From positions 22,754,001 to 22,818,000 of the forward strand of contig JBHGNT010000001.1 of assembly GCA_043228905.1 (NCBI GenBank): a stretch of 64,000 nucleotides of DNA, written 5' to 3'. Of the stretch, positions 63,582 to 64,000 are shown in pieces. The translations under genes and the position numbers were made by a program. A model generated the notes under the pieces. It searched no databases. It was not told the DNA's origin and saw nothing but the letters and a program-made list of their open reading frames with translations. The DNA comes from Azolla caroliniana (lineage: Eukaryota; Plantae; Polypodiophyta). How positions within the stretch are numbered: position 1 is the stretch's first letter; every line of letters begins with the position of its first letter.

Positions 63582-64000
63582 TGTCTCACAAAACTTGGCA
63601 AAGTTCAGCACTATTAGAGATCTAAGTACTAAAGTAAGCTTAAGATAAGGATAAACAAATGATAGATAGAAAGGAGGAAGAGAAAGAAGGGTGCCGATCC
63701 ACCCGACCACCCCCGAGCGAAGGGATCGAGACGGACTCGAGCCTCGATCGGCGTCCCATACCACCGTCGTGGCGTCGAGTCGTACCTGGTGTTGGCGCAC
63801 TCGCTACAAGAGTTGACCCACCACAAGAGCAGAGTCTCGATGTAGTCAAAAGATCCTCAAATGAGGGTAGCTAGGCCTCTTATTTATAGCGATACCCAAG
63901 GCCCCCAGGCAAGTTCACACTTGACCTAATGGGTTGTCTCAATCCCGAGGATTAAAAGTAATCCTCCCCTTCTTTACACTCTCGTTTAACCCTCACACTT
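63582..64000 (-). repeat. Possible LTR running off the window end
   Basis: Begins tgtc; abrupt change in composition; reverse TATA box (tatttatag) near 63881-63889. Confidence 0.3.

Overview
This window contains no recognisable host gene. It is a deeply nested pile of plant LTR retrotransposons; the Tcn1-like chromovirus and the Phygy-like gypsy suggest a non-seed plant such as a fern or lycophyte (inference). Target-site duplications (TSDs) let most of the nest be reconstructed. An old minus-strand copia (C, ~2050-56229) is interrupted by a solo LTR (3098-3791), copia B1 (4500-20387) and copia B2 (21412-55809). B1 holds copia A1 (7069-10251) and an unusual element with inverted LTR-like ends (10453-18895), which itself holds copia A5 (11260-16504). 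B2 holds the near-intact copia B3 (25366-31023) and copia A2 (31809-54869). A2 holds a tRNA-Trp-primed gypsy (44825-51876) and copia A3 (33202-44020), which holds the youngest element, A4 (35959-41280). The flanks are a gypsy integrase with an accessory ORF (1-2050) and an apparently self-priming chromovirus (56384-62286). The most unusual observations are the inverted-LTR element with a 5-bp TSD, a capsid (gag) swap in A4, a conserved ~175-aa tail after RNase H in family B, and a ~530-bp tract identical between two otherwise diverged copies. All coordinates and identities were read by eye and lineage names are tentative.
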